Source of the DNA: Candidatus Oxydemutatoraceae bacterium | GTDB lineage: Bacteria > Pseudomonadota > Gammaproteobacteria > Poriferisulfidales > Oxydemutatoraceae | Direction of reading: 5' to 3' | DNA length: 64,000 nt | NCBI GenBank assembly: GCA_965220085.1 | Contig: CBDCOZ010000001.1 | Span: 64,001 to 128,000, forward strand | In this document: positions 50,667-60,318 of the stretch, piece after piece | Position numbering within the stretch: position 1 is the first letter of the stretch | Layout: each line of letters starts with the position of its first letter | Notes under the pieces: generated by a model | What the model was told of the DNA's origin: nothing | What the model saw: only the letters and a program-made list of their open reading frames with translations | The model's database searches: none | Made by a program: the position numbers and the translations under genes

Positions 50667-52892
50667 ATGGCAGATGACAAGGGACTGGTCTCCGGCTTCT
50701 CCCGGTTGCGCGGCGCCGGCGCAGACAAGAGCATCTGGCTGGTCTCGGGATTGTTTTTCCTGCTGGTGCTGTCGCTCACGGTCAGCCGCGCCCTGATAGA
50801 AAACTCGCAGTTATTCGGTCAGTACCGCATCTGGCTGGTCGCTTTTATCTTTTTGATACTGGCGATGTTCGTGTTGCTTATCGTCATCAATGTCGCGCGC
50901 CTGATCGCCTCGTATGTTGCCAAACGGCCGGGTTCCAAGCTGACCCTGCGCCTGACCAAAGCCTTTGTCGTGCTGATGCTGATTCCGGCTCTGACGGTCT
51001 ATTGGTTTTCAAGTTGGCTGGTTGAGAAGGGCATGGACAGCTGGTTTGACGCCGACATTGAACTCGCGCTGCAAAACTCTATTGACCTCAGCCGCTGGTC
51101 CTTGGAATCGCGCAAACGCAGTCTGCAAGGTCGGGTCGAAGCGATCGCGTTGGAGTTGTCGGGCTCCTCGGACGAAATCGCGTCGTTGCAACTTGAATCT
51201 TTTCTTGAAGCCGACGACAGCATCGGCGAGTTGACCTTGTTGCACAGCAGCCGCGAGGTGATAGCGACGGCGAGCAGAGAGGCCGTCGGCGCGTTGATGG
51301 CGCTGCCCCCCGAAGCCGTGTTGCGCGAAGTGGGGCGCAGCGACGAGCCTTATGCGGGGGTCGATCTGGTCGGAGAAAACTTATACACCCGGCTTGTGTT
51401 TCCGGTCATATCCGACGAAGTGCTCGGCGATGCGCGCTTTTTGCAAGTGCTCTATCCGATGCCCCAGCGCGTCGGCGCTTGGGCGTCGTCCGTTGAGAAC
51501 GCGTTTACTCAGTATAACCAGTTGGTGTTCCTGCGCGACTCCCTGAAGCAGAGTTTTATTTTGACGCTGACACTGGTGCTGTTTTTGGGCGTCGTCTATG
51601 CCGGCTGGGCGGCGTTATATTTTGCCCGTCGGCTGGCGCAACCGATTGCGATTCTGGACGAGGGCACGCAAGCGGTGGCGGCGGGCAAACTGGACACGCG
51701 CTTGGAGCGCGTTTCGGATGATGAGTTCGGTTCGCTGGTCGAGTCGTTCAATGAGATGACCCGCCGTTTGGCCGCGGCACAGAATGTCGCGGAGATCAAC
51801 CGCTTTCAACTTGAGCGGCAGCGCAGTTACTTGCAGACCGTATTGGAACATGTGTCATCGGGTGTCATCAGTCTGGATGAAGACATGCAATTGAAAACGG
51901 CCAACACCGCCGCTTCGGAAATACTGCTATTCCGGCTGGACGAATGGATCAACAAGCCCTTGCGCGAGATTGCGGGCGATTCGGAAGTCGGCGAATTTCT
52001 TGCCAGCCTGTCGCGCGAGATTACAAGCGCGAAGAAAGAATGGCAAAAACGCTTTGAGTATGTGCGCGACGGGCGGTGGCGCATATTGGTCTGTCGCGGA
52101 ACGTGCGTGCCCGAAGGGGGGTATGTCATCGTCATCAACGATGTGACCGATCTGGTACAGGCACAGCGCCATCAGACCTGGGGCGAGATCGCGCAGCGCA
52201 TGGCGCACGAATTCAAGAACCCCCTGACACCGATACAACTCTCCGCCGAGCGGCTGAAGAACAAACTGAGCATGGAATTGGGCGATGAGGGCAAGGCTTT
52301 GTTGGGACGCTCAACGACGGTCATCACCCAGCAGGTGGAAGCGATGAAACGGATCGTCGACGACTTCAGTCAGTTTGCGCGATCGGCGCCGATGGATGTG
52401 CGCGAAGCGGACATCAAACAACTGATCGAAGACGTAGTCGAACTGTATCTGTCCGACAGCGACGGCGTGCGCATTGAGTATCGGCCCAGCGCTGCGATGC
52501 CTTTGGTCTGCGATGCCGGACGCATCCGCCAACTTTTGCATAACCTCCTGACGAATGCGACCGAAGCGCTCGCGGGCGCCGGCGCGCCGTTGATTACGAT
52601 CACGACCGAAAGCCCCAAGGACGATACGGTCGAGATACAAATACGCGACAACGGGCCGGGCTTTGCCGAGGAGATAAAAGAAAAAGCGTTTGAGCCGTAC
52701 GTGACGAACAAGGCGGGCGGAACCGGCTTGGGGCTTGCGATAGTCAAGCGCATAGCGGAGGAACACAACGGTTATATCCGCATTGACAATACCGCCGCCG
52801 GCGCGCTCGTCAAGGTGACGCTGCGCAGCGTCTCGGCGGGACAGTATGAGGGACAATACGAGCGCGATGACAGGACGGAGGCGGGACGGTGA
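50667..52892 (+). CDS. NtrY-like HAMP/PAS histidine kinase
   Basis: AQRMAHEFKNPLTPIQLSAERL, DNGPG and GTGLGL. Confidence 0.92.
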   Translation: MADDKGLVSGFSRLRGAGADKSIWLVSGLFFLLVLSLTVSRALIENSQLFGQYRIWLVAFIFLILAMFVLLIVINVARLIASYVAKRPGSKLTLRLTKAFVVLMLIPALTVYWFSSWLVEKGMDSWFDADIELALQNSIDLSRWSLESRKRSLQGRVEAIALELSGSSDEIASLQLESFLEADDSIGELTLLHSSREVIATASREAVGALMALPPEAVLREVGRSDEPYAGVDLVGENLYTRLVFPVISDEVLGDARFLQVLYPMPQRVGAWASSVENAFTQYNQLVFLRDSLKQSFILTLTLVLFLGVVYAGWAALYFARRLAQPIAILDEGTQAVAAGKLDTRLERVSDDEFGSLVESFNEMTRRLAAAQNVAEINRFQLERQRSYLQTVLEHVSSGVISLDEDMQLKTANTAASEILLFRLDEWINKPLREIAGDSEVGEFLASLSREITSAKKEWQKRFEYVRDGRWRILVCRGTCVPEGGYVIVINDVTDLVQAQRHQTWGEIAQRMAHEFKNPLTPIQLSAERLKNKLSMELGDEGKALLGRSTTVITQQVEAMKRIVDDFSQFARSAPMDVREADIKQLIEDVVELYLSDSDGVRIEYRPSAAMPLVCDAGRIRQLLHNLLTNATEALAGAGAPLITITTESPKDDTVEIQIRDNGPGFAEEIKEKAFEPYVTNKAGGTGLGLAIVKRIAEEHNGYIRIDNTAAGALVKVTLRSVSAGQYEGQYERDDRTEAGR

Positions 52893-54151
52893 AAAAGTTT
52901 CATATTCTGGTTGTCGATGATGAGACGGACATCTGCGAGTTGGTCAAGGACATTCTCGAAGACGAAGGTTTTGAAGTGAGCGTCGCCGGCAGCGGAACGG
53001 TCGCCCGCGAACGGGCAAGCAAAACCGATCCCGATCTCGTGTTGTTGGATATTTGGATGCCCGATGAGGACGGGATCAGTTTGCTCAGACACTGGCGGCG
53101 CGGCGGCGAGTTGCCCTTTCCGGTTATCGTCATGTCCGGACACGGCACGATCGACAGCGCGGTGGAGGCGACCCGTCTGGGCGCCAGCATCTTTATTGAA
53201 AAGCCGCTGACGACAGCCAAGTTGTTGCAGGCGATCAATCACACATTGCCCGGCGCGCGCATGACGGATGCGCCGGTGCGCATACCGGCGGGCACCGGCA
53301 AGGTCGCGCAATCGTTGCGCGAACAGGCAAAAGCCATGTCACACAGCGCCGAGCCGCTGATGATTCACGGGCCGACGGGTATCGGCAAGACCGATTTTGC
53401 ATTCTATGTGCATACGATGAGCGCGTATGCCAAGAAGAACTTCGTCGTGATCGATGAGAGGCACGTCGTTGCCGACCTGCCCCCGCCCAATCGCTGGGGG
53501 ACGCTGTTGATAAAGAATATCGGCATGCACGGCGAGGCGAACCAATACGAATTGGCGGCGGCGTTGAACAAGCACAAAGGAGATCGCATCGGCTTTCGCC
53601 TGATGTGTTCGGACGAAAGAGAGTTGGACTTGTTGACCAAGCAAAGAGTCGTCTGCCCGCCGCTGGCCGAACGGCTTGCCGGAAAGTCGGCATATCTGCC
53701 GCCGCTGACCGAGCGCAGCGGCGACATCCCCGATCTGATAGGCGCGTGCGTGGACTATCACTGCCAGACGAGTTCGCTGCCCTACCGGCGCTTTTCCATC
53801 GCGGCGCAGAATTTCCTCTTGCACCACTCGTGGCCGGGCAATATGCGCGAGTTGGATTCTCTGGTCGAGCGTCTGCTGAAAAGGGGCGACAACAATCAAA
53901 TCACTTTGGAAGAGGCGCGTGTCGTGATGCGCGAGGCGGGCAACGAAAGCGCCGATTTGGGTCACATGATGCAGATGCCGCTGCGCGAGGCGCGCGAGGA
54001 GTTTGAGCGCAGGTACTTGGAGTGCCGCTTGCGCGAGGTAGGCGGCAATGTGACCCATCTTGCGTTGCGCGTTGGCATCGAGAGAACACACCTGTATCGC
54101 AAACTGAAATCTCTGGGGATAAACTTCAGGGAGGGCAAGGGGTCGCAATGA
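52889..54151 (+). CDS. NtrX-like response regulator (REC, degenerate AAA+, HTH)
   Basis: LLDIWMP, WPGNMREL and ERTHLYRKLK. Confidence 0.88.
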   Translation: MKKFHILVVDDETDICELVKDILEDEGFEVSVAGSGTVARERASKTDPDLVLLDIWMPDEDGISLLRHWRRGGELPFPVIVMSGHGTIDSAVEATRLGASIFIEKPLTTAKLLQAINHTLPGARMTDAPVRIPAGTGKVAQSLREQAKAMSHSAEPLMIHGPTGIGKTDFAFYVHTMSAYAKKNFVVIDERHVVADLPPPNRWGTLLIKNIGMHGEANQYELAAALNKHKGDRIGFRLMCSDERELDLLTKQRVVCPPLAERLAGKSAYLPPLTERSGDIPDLIGACVDYHCQTSSLPYRRFSIAAQNFLLHHSWPGNMRELDSLVERLLKRGDNNQITLEEARVVMREAGNESADLGHMMQMPLREAREEFERRYLECRLREVGGNVTHLALRVGIERTHLYRKLKSLGINFREGKGSQ

Positions 54152-55527
54152 AAATTATCATTTTGGGAGCCGATGCCGTCGGGGTTGCTTTGGCGCGCAG
54201 CATGACCGAAGAAGGCAACGATGTGACGCTGATCGACGAGCGCCCCGAGCGGTTGCGCGACTTGCAACACCTGTTTGACATGAATGTGCTCGTCGGTCGC
54301 GGTTCGCATCCGCAAGTGTTGCGGCAAGCGGACATCGAAGACGCGGATATGTTGGTCGCTCTGACCAAACAAGACGAAGTGAATATCATCGGTTGCCGCG
54401 TCGCGCACACGCTGTTTAACGTGCCGACTAAAATCGCCGTGGTCAGAACCCGCGCCTACCTCGAAGAGAGCGACAAGTTGTTCGGCGACGGCCTGATTCC
54501 AATCGACGCGCTGCTCAATCCCGACCGGATTATTTCCAACCAGATATGCGGCCTCATTCGCTATCCTGGCACGCTGCAATTCGCCGAGTTTGGCGACGGC
54601 TGCCTGCTGCTGGTCTGTGTTGTCGCGCGGGAAGGCGGCAGTTTGATCGACCGCCCCCTGCGAGAATGTCGGCAGATGCTGACCGGAGTCGTGCGCATCG
54701 CCGCGGCATATCGCGATGACAAAGCCATCATACCCGACGGCGACACGCGCATCTATCCGGGAGATGAGATATTTTTCTTTGCCCCGCCGGAGCAGGTGGC
54801 GGAGTTGAACGCGGCGCTCGGCAAGCGGATTGATCCTTTCAAGCGGATCATCATTGCCGGCGGCAATGACATCGGGATTCATCTGGCCGAAGCCTTGCAG
54901 CACAAATACCGCGTCAAGTTGATCGAGCGCGACAAGGAACGCGCGCAGTTGTGCGACAGAAACTTGGACGGCATCGTGGTTTTGCACGGCGACCCCACGA
55001 ACAAGAATATGCTATCGGAAGAGAACATCCATCAAACCGACATATTCTGCGCCGTCACCGACGACGACGAGGACAACATCCTGTCCGCGTTGATAGCGAA
55101 GCATCTGGGCGCGCGCAAGGCGCTGGCGCTTGTCAACGACACCAACTACATAGAATTGATTCGGCGCGACCACATAGACATAGACATCGCCCTATCCATG
55201 CAGCAAATCACACTGAGCGAGTTGCTGTGCCATGTGCGCCACGGCGACACGGTCGCCGCCTATTCGCTGCGGCGCGGCAACACCGAAGCGCTGGAGATAG
55301 TCGTTCACGGCGACACCCGCACCTCAAAGATCGTCGGGCGTCCGGTGTCGCGCCTGCATCTGCCGCCGGGGTGCATGGTCTGCGGAATCATTCGCGGCGG
55401 GCGGGCGATTCCGGTCGAATCGGAGCGCGTCATCGAGTCGGGCGACCGCTTGATCTTTTTCGTCATTGACAAGAAGCACATCCCCGACATTGAGAAAGTC
55501 TTTCAAGTAAACGCGACCTTTCTATGA
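54148..55527 (+). CDS. trkA: Trk potassium uptake protein TrkA
   Basis: Two RCK pairs, SLRRG.EALE, upstream of trkH. Confidence 0.93.
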   Translation: MKIIILGADAVGVALARSMTEEGNDVTLIDERPERLRDLQHLFDMNVLVGRGSHPQVLRQADIEDADMLVALTKQDEVNIIGCRVAHTLFNVPTKIAVVRTRAYLEESDKLFGDGLIPIDALLNPDRIISNQICGLIRYPGTLQFAEFGDGCLLLVCVVAREGGSLIDRPLRECRQMLTGVVRIAAAYRDDKAIIPDGDTRIYPGDEIFFFAPPEQVAELNAALGKRIDPFKRIIIAGGNDIGIHLAEALQHKYRVKLIERDKERAQLCDRNLDGIVVLHGDPTNKNMLSEENIHQTDIFCAVTDDDEDNILSALIAKHLGARKALALVNDTNYIELIRRDHIDIDIALSMQQITLSELLCHVRHGDTVAAYSLRRGNTEALEIVVHGDTRTSKIVGRPVSRLHLPPGCMVCGIIRGGRAIPVESERVIESGDRLIFFVIDKKHIPDIEKVFQVNATFL

Positions 55528-56966
55528 GCCACTTCTTGTCCATCCAGCGGGTGCTGGGCATGCTCCTGATGATGTTCAGTTTTACGATGCTGGCGCCGGT
55601 CATGGTCGGCATCTGGCACGGAGAAAACACCGTGCCGTTTGCGCGCTCGTTTCTGATTATCTTCTCGGTCGGCGCGGCGGCGTGGTTTGTCGCGCGCAAC
55701 CATCGCGTCAATCTGCGCCTGAAGGAAGCGTTTTTAATCGTCGTGTTTGCCTGGAGCGTCATCAGCGCCGCCGGCGCCATGCCCCTGTACATGCTGGAAG
55801 TTCCGCAACTGGCTTTGCACGAAGCGGTCTTTGAATCCATCGCCGGTCTGACCACGACGGGCGCGACCGCGATCACGGGTCTGGATTCGCTGCCCCGCGC
55901 GGTGTTGCTGTATCGTCACCTCTTGCAATGGTTCGGCGGACTCGGCATCATCCTGATCGCGATAGCGATCACCCCGATTCTCGGCATCGGCGGGATGCAG
56001 CTGTACCGCACCGAGATGTTGTCTGCCAGCATGAGCGCCAGAATTCTGCCGCGCATTCGCGAGATGACGATGTTGCTGTGGCGCATCTACATGTCTTTGA
56101 CGGTCGCATGCGCGCTGGCGTACCGGCTTGCCGGCATGTCGTGGTTTGATGCGATATGCCACAGCTTTTCAACCATCGCCATCGGCGGCTTCTCAACCCA
56201 CGATGCGAGTTTCGGCTATTTTGCCGACAAACCGGCGGTGCTGGCGGTGGCGATCGTGTTTATGATTCTCGCGGCGACCAGTTTCAGTCTGCATTTTTTC
56301 GCCTGGCGCAAACACTCGCTGCTGGCATATTTCAAAGATGCGGAATTCAAAGTTTTTATCTCCCTGCTGGCCGTCGTCACAGTATTGACGCTCGCGGCGC
56401 TGGCCAACGCCGGCGCCTATGACGATTTAATCGCGGGGGTATTCCACGCCATTTCCATCACGACGACGACCGGATTTGTCGCCGCCTCTGCCGAGAGTTG
56501 GCCGCATGTGATTCCGATGCTCTTGTTGTTCGCCAGTTTTGTCGGCGGCTGCGTCGGTTCCACCGCCGGCGGGATGAAAGTCATCCGCTTTTGGTTGCTG
56601 TTAAAGCAAGGCTTTTTGGAGATGCGGCAACTGATCCATCCCGATGCGGTGACGCACCTGAAGGTCGGGCGCAAGGTGCTGGACAACAGCACGATTCAAT
56701 CGGTGTGGGGTTTTTTCTCCGCCTATGTGGGGTCGCTGATACTGATTACCTTGTTGCTGATGGCGAGCGGACTGAATCAAGAAAGCGCGTTTTCGGCGGC
56801 GGCGGCGGCGATTAACAACCTCGGTCCCGGGCTCGGAGATGTCGCCGAGAACTATGCGACGGTCAATCAATTCGGCAAGTGGGTCCTGTGTTTTTCCATG
56901 CTGCTTGGGCGTTTGGAGGTGTTTGCGCTGCTGATTGTCTTCTCGCCGGTGTTCTGGCGCAAGTAA
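55524..56966 (+). CDS. trkH: Trk potassium permease TrkH
   Basis: TTTGAT, GGFS, STAGGMK, NLGPG and GRLE. Confidence 0.95.
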   Translation: MSHFLSIQRVLGMLLMMFSFTMLAPVMVGIWHGENTVPFARSFLIIFSVGAAAWFVARNHRVNLRLKEAFLIVVFAWSVISAAGAMPLYMLEVPQLALHEAVFESIAGLTTTGATAITGLDSLPRAVLLYRHLLQWFGGLGIILIAIAITPILGIGGMQLYRTEMLSASMSARILPRIREMTMLLWRIYMSLTVACALAYRLAGMSWFDAICHSFSTIAIGGFSTHDASFGYFADKPAVLAVAIVFMILAATSFSLHFFAWRKHSLLAYFKDAEFKVFISLLAVVTVLTLAALANAGAYDDLIAGVFHAISITTTTGFVAASAESWPHVIPMLLLFASFVGGCVGSTAGGMKVIRFWLLLKQGFLEMRQLIHPDAVTHLKVGRKVLDNSTIQSVWGFFSAYVGSLILITLLLMASGLNQESAFSAAAAAINNLGPGLGDVAENYATVNQFGKWVLCFSMLLGRLEVFALLIVFSPVFWRK

Positions 56967-57044
56967 AGGGTGTATAATGCCGTTTCAGATATTCCCGTAT
57001 CTCGCTAATTTGACCTATCCGACTATTTGTAATAAATTGAAAAC

Positions 57045-58247
57045 ATGCTATTTGACCTGTTAACTGGAAAAGGGTTGTTGCAACCGGAGTGGTGGGCGCT
57101 TGTCCTGCTGGCTCTGGGGATGACCCACCTGACGATAATCTCCGTAACGCTTTACCTGCACCGTTGCCAAGCGCATTGCAGCCTGGCCTTGCACCCGATC
57201 GCGTCGCATCTGATGCGGCTGTGGCTGTGGCTGTCGACCGGGCTTGTGACCGCCCAGTGGGTCGCCGTGCACCGCAAGCATCACGCAAAAGTGGAAACCG
57301 CCGACGACCCGCACAGCCCCGCTATTTACGGCATTAACGAAGTGCTGTATCGCGGCGCGGAACTCTACCGCGACGAAGCCGTCAAAGAGGAGGTGGTCAA
57401 AGCCTACGGTCACCACCTGCTGCCGCGAGATTGGCTGGAAAGAAACCTATACGGCGCCCATCCCTCGTTCGGAATCGCCGCGATGTTGTTGATTCAATTC
57501 GCACTGTTCGGGTTCTTCGGGATCATGATTTGGGCCGTGCAAATGGCGTGGATACCGTTCTTTGCCGCCGGTGTCATCAACGGCTTGGGGCATTTCACGG
57601 GCTACCGCAATTTTGCGACAGATGACAATTCCACCAATATCGTCAATTTCGGAGCGCTCGTAGGCGGCGAGGAGTTGCACAACAACCACCACGCGTATCC
57701 GTCTTCGGCAAAGTTCTCCATGCGGTGGTGGGAGTTTGATATCGGTTGGTTCTACATCAAGTTGCTCAGCGCCTTCGGCTTGGCGCGCGTATTGCGCCGC
57801 GCTCCGGTGCCGAAAGATGATGCCAACGAGTTGACGGAAGTGACCCCGTCCACGCTAAAGGCTCTGATTCAAGGCCGCCCGCACGTGTTGTTGGAATATG
57901 CGACCGATGTCGTCAAACCCATTTTTAAGGCCGAACTGGCCGGCGCCGACAAATCGCGCCGCAAGTTGTTGGCCAAGGTAAAAAACGCATTGTTCCTGCA
58001 CCAGCGTCACATTACCGAGCAAGACATCAGCGCGTTAAAGGAAGCCGCCCTGAACAGTCGGCAGTTGCAAGTGATATACGAGTTCAAGCACACGCTTGAA
58101 GACCTGTTGCACAACTGCCGCGATCAGAATCAATTGCTAAAGTCTCTGCAGGATTGGTGCCGCAAGGCGGAAGAGAGCGGGATACAGGCGTTGTCGCAGT
58201 TTTCGGAGCGCATCTGCAATTATTCGTTGCATTCGCAACGCACTTGA
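57045..58247 (+). CDS. desA: Delta-9 fatty acid desaturase (DesA-like)
   Basis: His boxes HRCQAH, HRKHH and HNNHH. Confidence 0.88.
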   Translation: MLFDLLTGKGLLQPEWWALVLLALGMTHLTIISVTLYLHRCQAHCSLALHPIASHLMRLWLWLSTGLVTAQWVAVHRKHHAKVETADDPHSPAIYGINEVLYRGAELYRDEAVKEEVVKAYGHHLLPRDWLERNLYGAHPSFGIAAMLLIQFALFGFFGIMIWAVQMAWIPFFAAGVINGLGHFTGYRNFATDDNSTNIVNFGALVGGEELHNNHHAYPSSAKFSMRWWEFDIGWFYIKLLSAFGLARVLRRAPVPKDDANELTEVTPSTLKALIQGRPHVLLEYATDVVKPIFKAELAGADKSRRKLLAKVKNALFLHQRHITEQDISALKEAALNSRQLQVIYEFKHTLEDLLHNCRDQNQLLKSLQDWCRKAEESGIQALSQFSERICNYSLHSQRT

Positions 58248-58317
58248 GAAAGGCCCCGCTCGCGCGAGGCGCGCGGATGGCGCGACAGAAGGAGGGCGCC
58301 GATTACATCGGCGCGCC

Positions 58318-58485
58318 TTACTTTGATATTTTGCTTTCTTTGTAGATGACGTGTTTGCGGACAACCGGATCGTACTTTTTCAATTCCAGTTTGGGCGCGT
58401 CGGCGCGCTTGCTTTTCACCGCGGTATAGTAATGACCGGTCTTGGCGCCGGAGACGAGTTTGATTTTCTCCTTCTTGCCGGCCAT
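58318..58485 (-). CDS. rpmG: 50S ribosomal protein L33 (not in ORF track)
   Basis: [21 protein letters not shown]...[14 protein letters not shown], 55 aa. Confidence 0.95.
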   Translation of the reverse strand: MAGKKEKIKLVSGAKTGHYYTAVKSKRADAPKLELKKYDPVVRKHVIYKESKISK

Positions 58486-58721
58486 TAAACTTTCTCCCCG
58501 CGGTTGCGCAAGTCGTTTGCCACGCGCTCAATTCCTTTCTTCTCGATAATCCTAAGCCCCTTGCGCGACACCCTCAGCTTGATCCAACGGTTTTCTTTCG
58601 GATGCCAAAAGCGATGGGTGTGAAGGTTGGGCAAAAAGCGGCGGCGCGTTTTGTTATGCGCGTGCGAAACATTGTTGCCGCTCATGGGCCCCTTGTGCGT
58701 TATTTGACAAATTCTGGACAT
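58485..58721 (-). CDS. rpmB: 50S ribosomal protein L28
   Basis: MSRICQIT...[19 protein letters not shown]. Confidence 0.97.
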   Translation of the reverse strand: MSRICQITHKGPMSGNNVSHAHNKTRRRFLPNLHTHRFWHPKENRWIKLRVSRKGLRIIEKKGIERVANDLRNRGEKV

Positions 58722-59438
58722 CGGTTTTTGTGGTTGCTCAATGAAACAAGGGACAGATTGTACCACAAGCCGCCCCATCGCCGCAGGCAACTCGCATTAC
58801 CGCAGGGGCCCTTCCAGGAAAAGGCGCAAGCGCAACAGCAGAGTCGGTTCCTGATCCGGTTCCTGCTGTTGGAGAATGCATTCCGTCGCGCCGTCCAGAT
58901 TCGCGCCTGCCGGAGACATGCCCGCCCCGCAGTTGAAAACATACGGTTCCATCGGCGGAATCCTCTCAAACGCCGCCGTGACTGCCGCGATTTCTTTCGC
59001 AGTAGTGTCCAGTGTGCCCAGCGACGGAAAGGGAATCCCGTTGTTCTTAAATGTTTGAATCAAAACGAATCCGAAGGAGGGGAAAGAGACTCTCAATTGG
59101 TCGAGGCTGGTTTGGGTGATGGCTTCGTTAATATAGTCCGGCTCGCCGTTGTATCGCCCCAAAACCGCGTCCGCATAAGCCAGCGCCACCGGGCCAACAT
59201 TGCCGCTAAGTCGGGTGTTTATCAACCGAAAGTCGTCAGTGAGCTTTTGCACCCGCGGCGGAATGACCGCATTGCCGCTCATGGGGCCTTTGTTGGTTAT
59301 TTGGCAAATTCTAGACATCGGTTTTTGTGGTTGCTCAATGAAACAAGGGACAGATTGTGCCACAAGCCGCCCCATCGCCGCAGGGGACTCGCATTACCGC
59401 AGGGGCCCTTCCAGGAAAAGGCGCAAGCGCAACAGCAG
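58675..59438. repeat. ~167-bp direct repeat (58675-58841, 59272-59438) of FLEGPLR tail + rpmB upstream region + rpmB 5' end
   Basis: Offset 597 bp, with a few substitutions. Confidence 0.92.
58797..59318 (-). CDS. Chimeric ORF: L28 N-terminus + unknown domain + FLEGPLR tail
   Basis: Starts [16 protein letters not shown], ends LLLRLRLFLEGPLR; 173 aa open. Confidence 0.65.
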   Translation of the reverse strand: MSRICQITNKGPMSGNAVIPPRVQKLTDDFRLINTRLSGNVGPVALAYADAVLGRYNGEPDYINEAITQTSLDQLRVSFPSFGFVLIQTFKNNGIPFPSLGTLDTTAKEIAAVTAAFERIPPMEPYVFNCGAGMSPAGANLDGATECILQQQEPDQEPTLLLRLRLFLEGPLR

Positions 59439-60275
59439 GTTCTCTACGACTATGATGTTGCCGTCGGTGCATCGCGTCTCGTTAGCGGGAGTGGCATGCT
59501 GATCCATGAAAGAGGCGCAGACGCGGACGTATGTCCCCGCATGTGCCTGCCGGGGGGTAAAGGTGGCGGCGGTCGCGCCGTCGATGTCTTCGTATGCATC
59601 GGCGGCCGGGATGCCGCTGGCCGGGGCCGCGGCCGATTGCCATTGCCAGCGCAGGGTGCCGGTGTTTATGATGTTGTTGTCGGCTATAGTGCCGATGGCG
59701 GCGGTGATGGGCACATCCTTGTTCCAGGCGGTGCCTGTGTCGGCGGATACGACGGGGGCGCCGGTGGCGGCCTCTTGGGTGGGGTTGAACAGGCGGATGG
59801 TCATGGTGCCCTTTGCGTTGCCGAGGCTTCCTGCGGTGAGGACATAGAAAAAGAATGTGGCGTAGTTGCGCGTCTGTGCCTGGCCCGTGGGCGGATGGTA
59901 GCTGATGGTGGATATGGCGTTTGCGGTCACAACAACTCTGGTTCCAAAAGTCGTGCCGGTGACGGCGGAGGAGCCCGCCCGCAGAGTGCCCCTTGTGGGT
60001 TTCGATAATCCCACACTGACGAGGGCATCATCTTCCGCATCGGTGAAGCGGAAGTCGGATAGCTTGAAGTGGTACGGGGATGCGGCGGTGGCGTCTATGG
60101 ACACATCAACGCTGGACGGCTGTGCCTGAGGGTCGAAGTTTTGCGCCTGGGCCTGGCCGCAGACGGCAATCAGGGCCGGCAGAATAAGCGACCGGAGGTT
60201 GCGTCGGGTCATTGCCGAGTCAATCCCCTTGCTTACAAAACTGCGCGGGCGCGTATCAAAAGTTTGTCGTTTCAT
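59394..60275 (-). CDS. Secreted Ig/cadherin-like protein with a FLEGPLR C-terminus
   Basis: MKRQTFDTRPRS leader, QAQA cleavage-like site, DFxFTDAEDD and a WQWQ...RVC...RC module. Confidence 0.82.
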   Translation of the reverse strand: MKRQTFDTRPRSFVSKGIDSAMTRRNLRSLILPALIAVCGQAQAQNFDPQAQPSSVDVSIDATAASPYHFKLSDFRFTDAEDDALVSVGLSKPTRGTLRAGSSAVTGTTFGTRVVVTANAISTISYHPPTGQAQTRNYATFFFYVLTAGSLGNAKGTMTIRLFNPTQEAATGAPVVSADTGTAWNKDVPITAAIGTIADNNIINTGTLRWQWQSAAAPASGIPAADAYEDIDGATAATFTPRQAHAGTYVRVCASFMDQHATPANETRCTDGNIIVVENLLLRLRLFLEGPLR

Positions 60276-60318
60276 AATTCTGCTCCCGATGTGGTTTGCG
60301 CATACAGTGCGTTTCCTA

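Noticed and set aside
52839-52862. 12-bp duplication (GQYEGQYE) in the kinase tail; similar 21-bp duplication at ~5426-5470
   Set aside because: Small in-frame duplications, consistent with the general pattern but not separately informative.
58602-60008. 468-aa plus-strand ORF and other long antisense ORFs (e.g. 9636-10844, 12082-13164, 41969-43615)
   Set aside because: Shadow frames of recognisable genes in GC-rich DNA.
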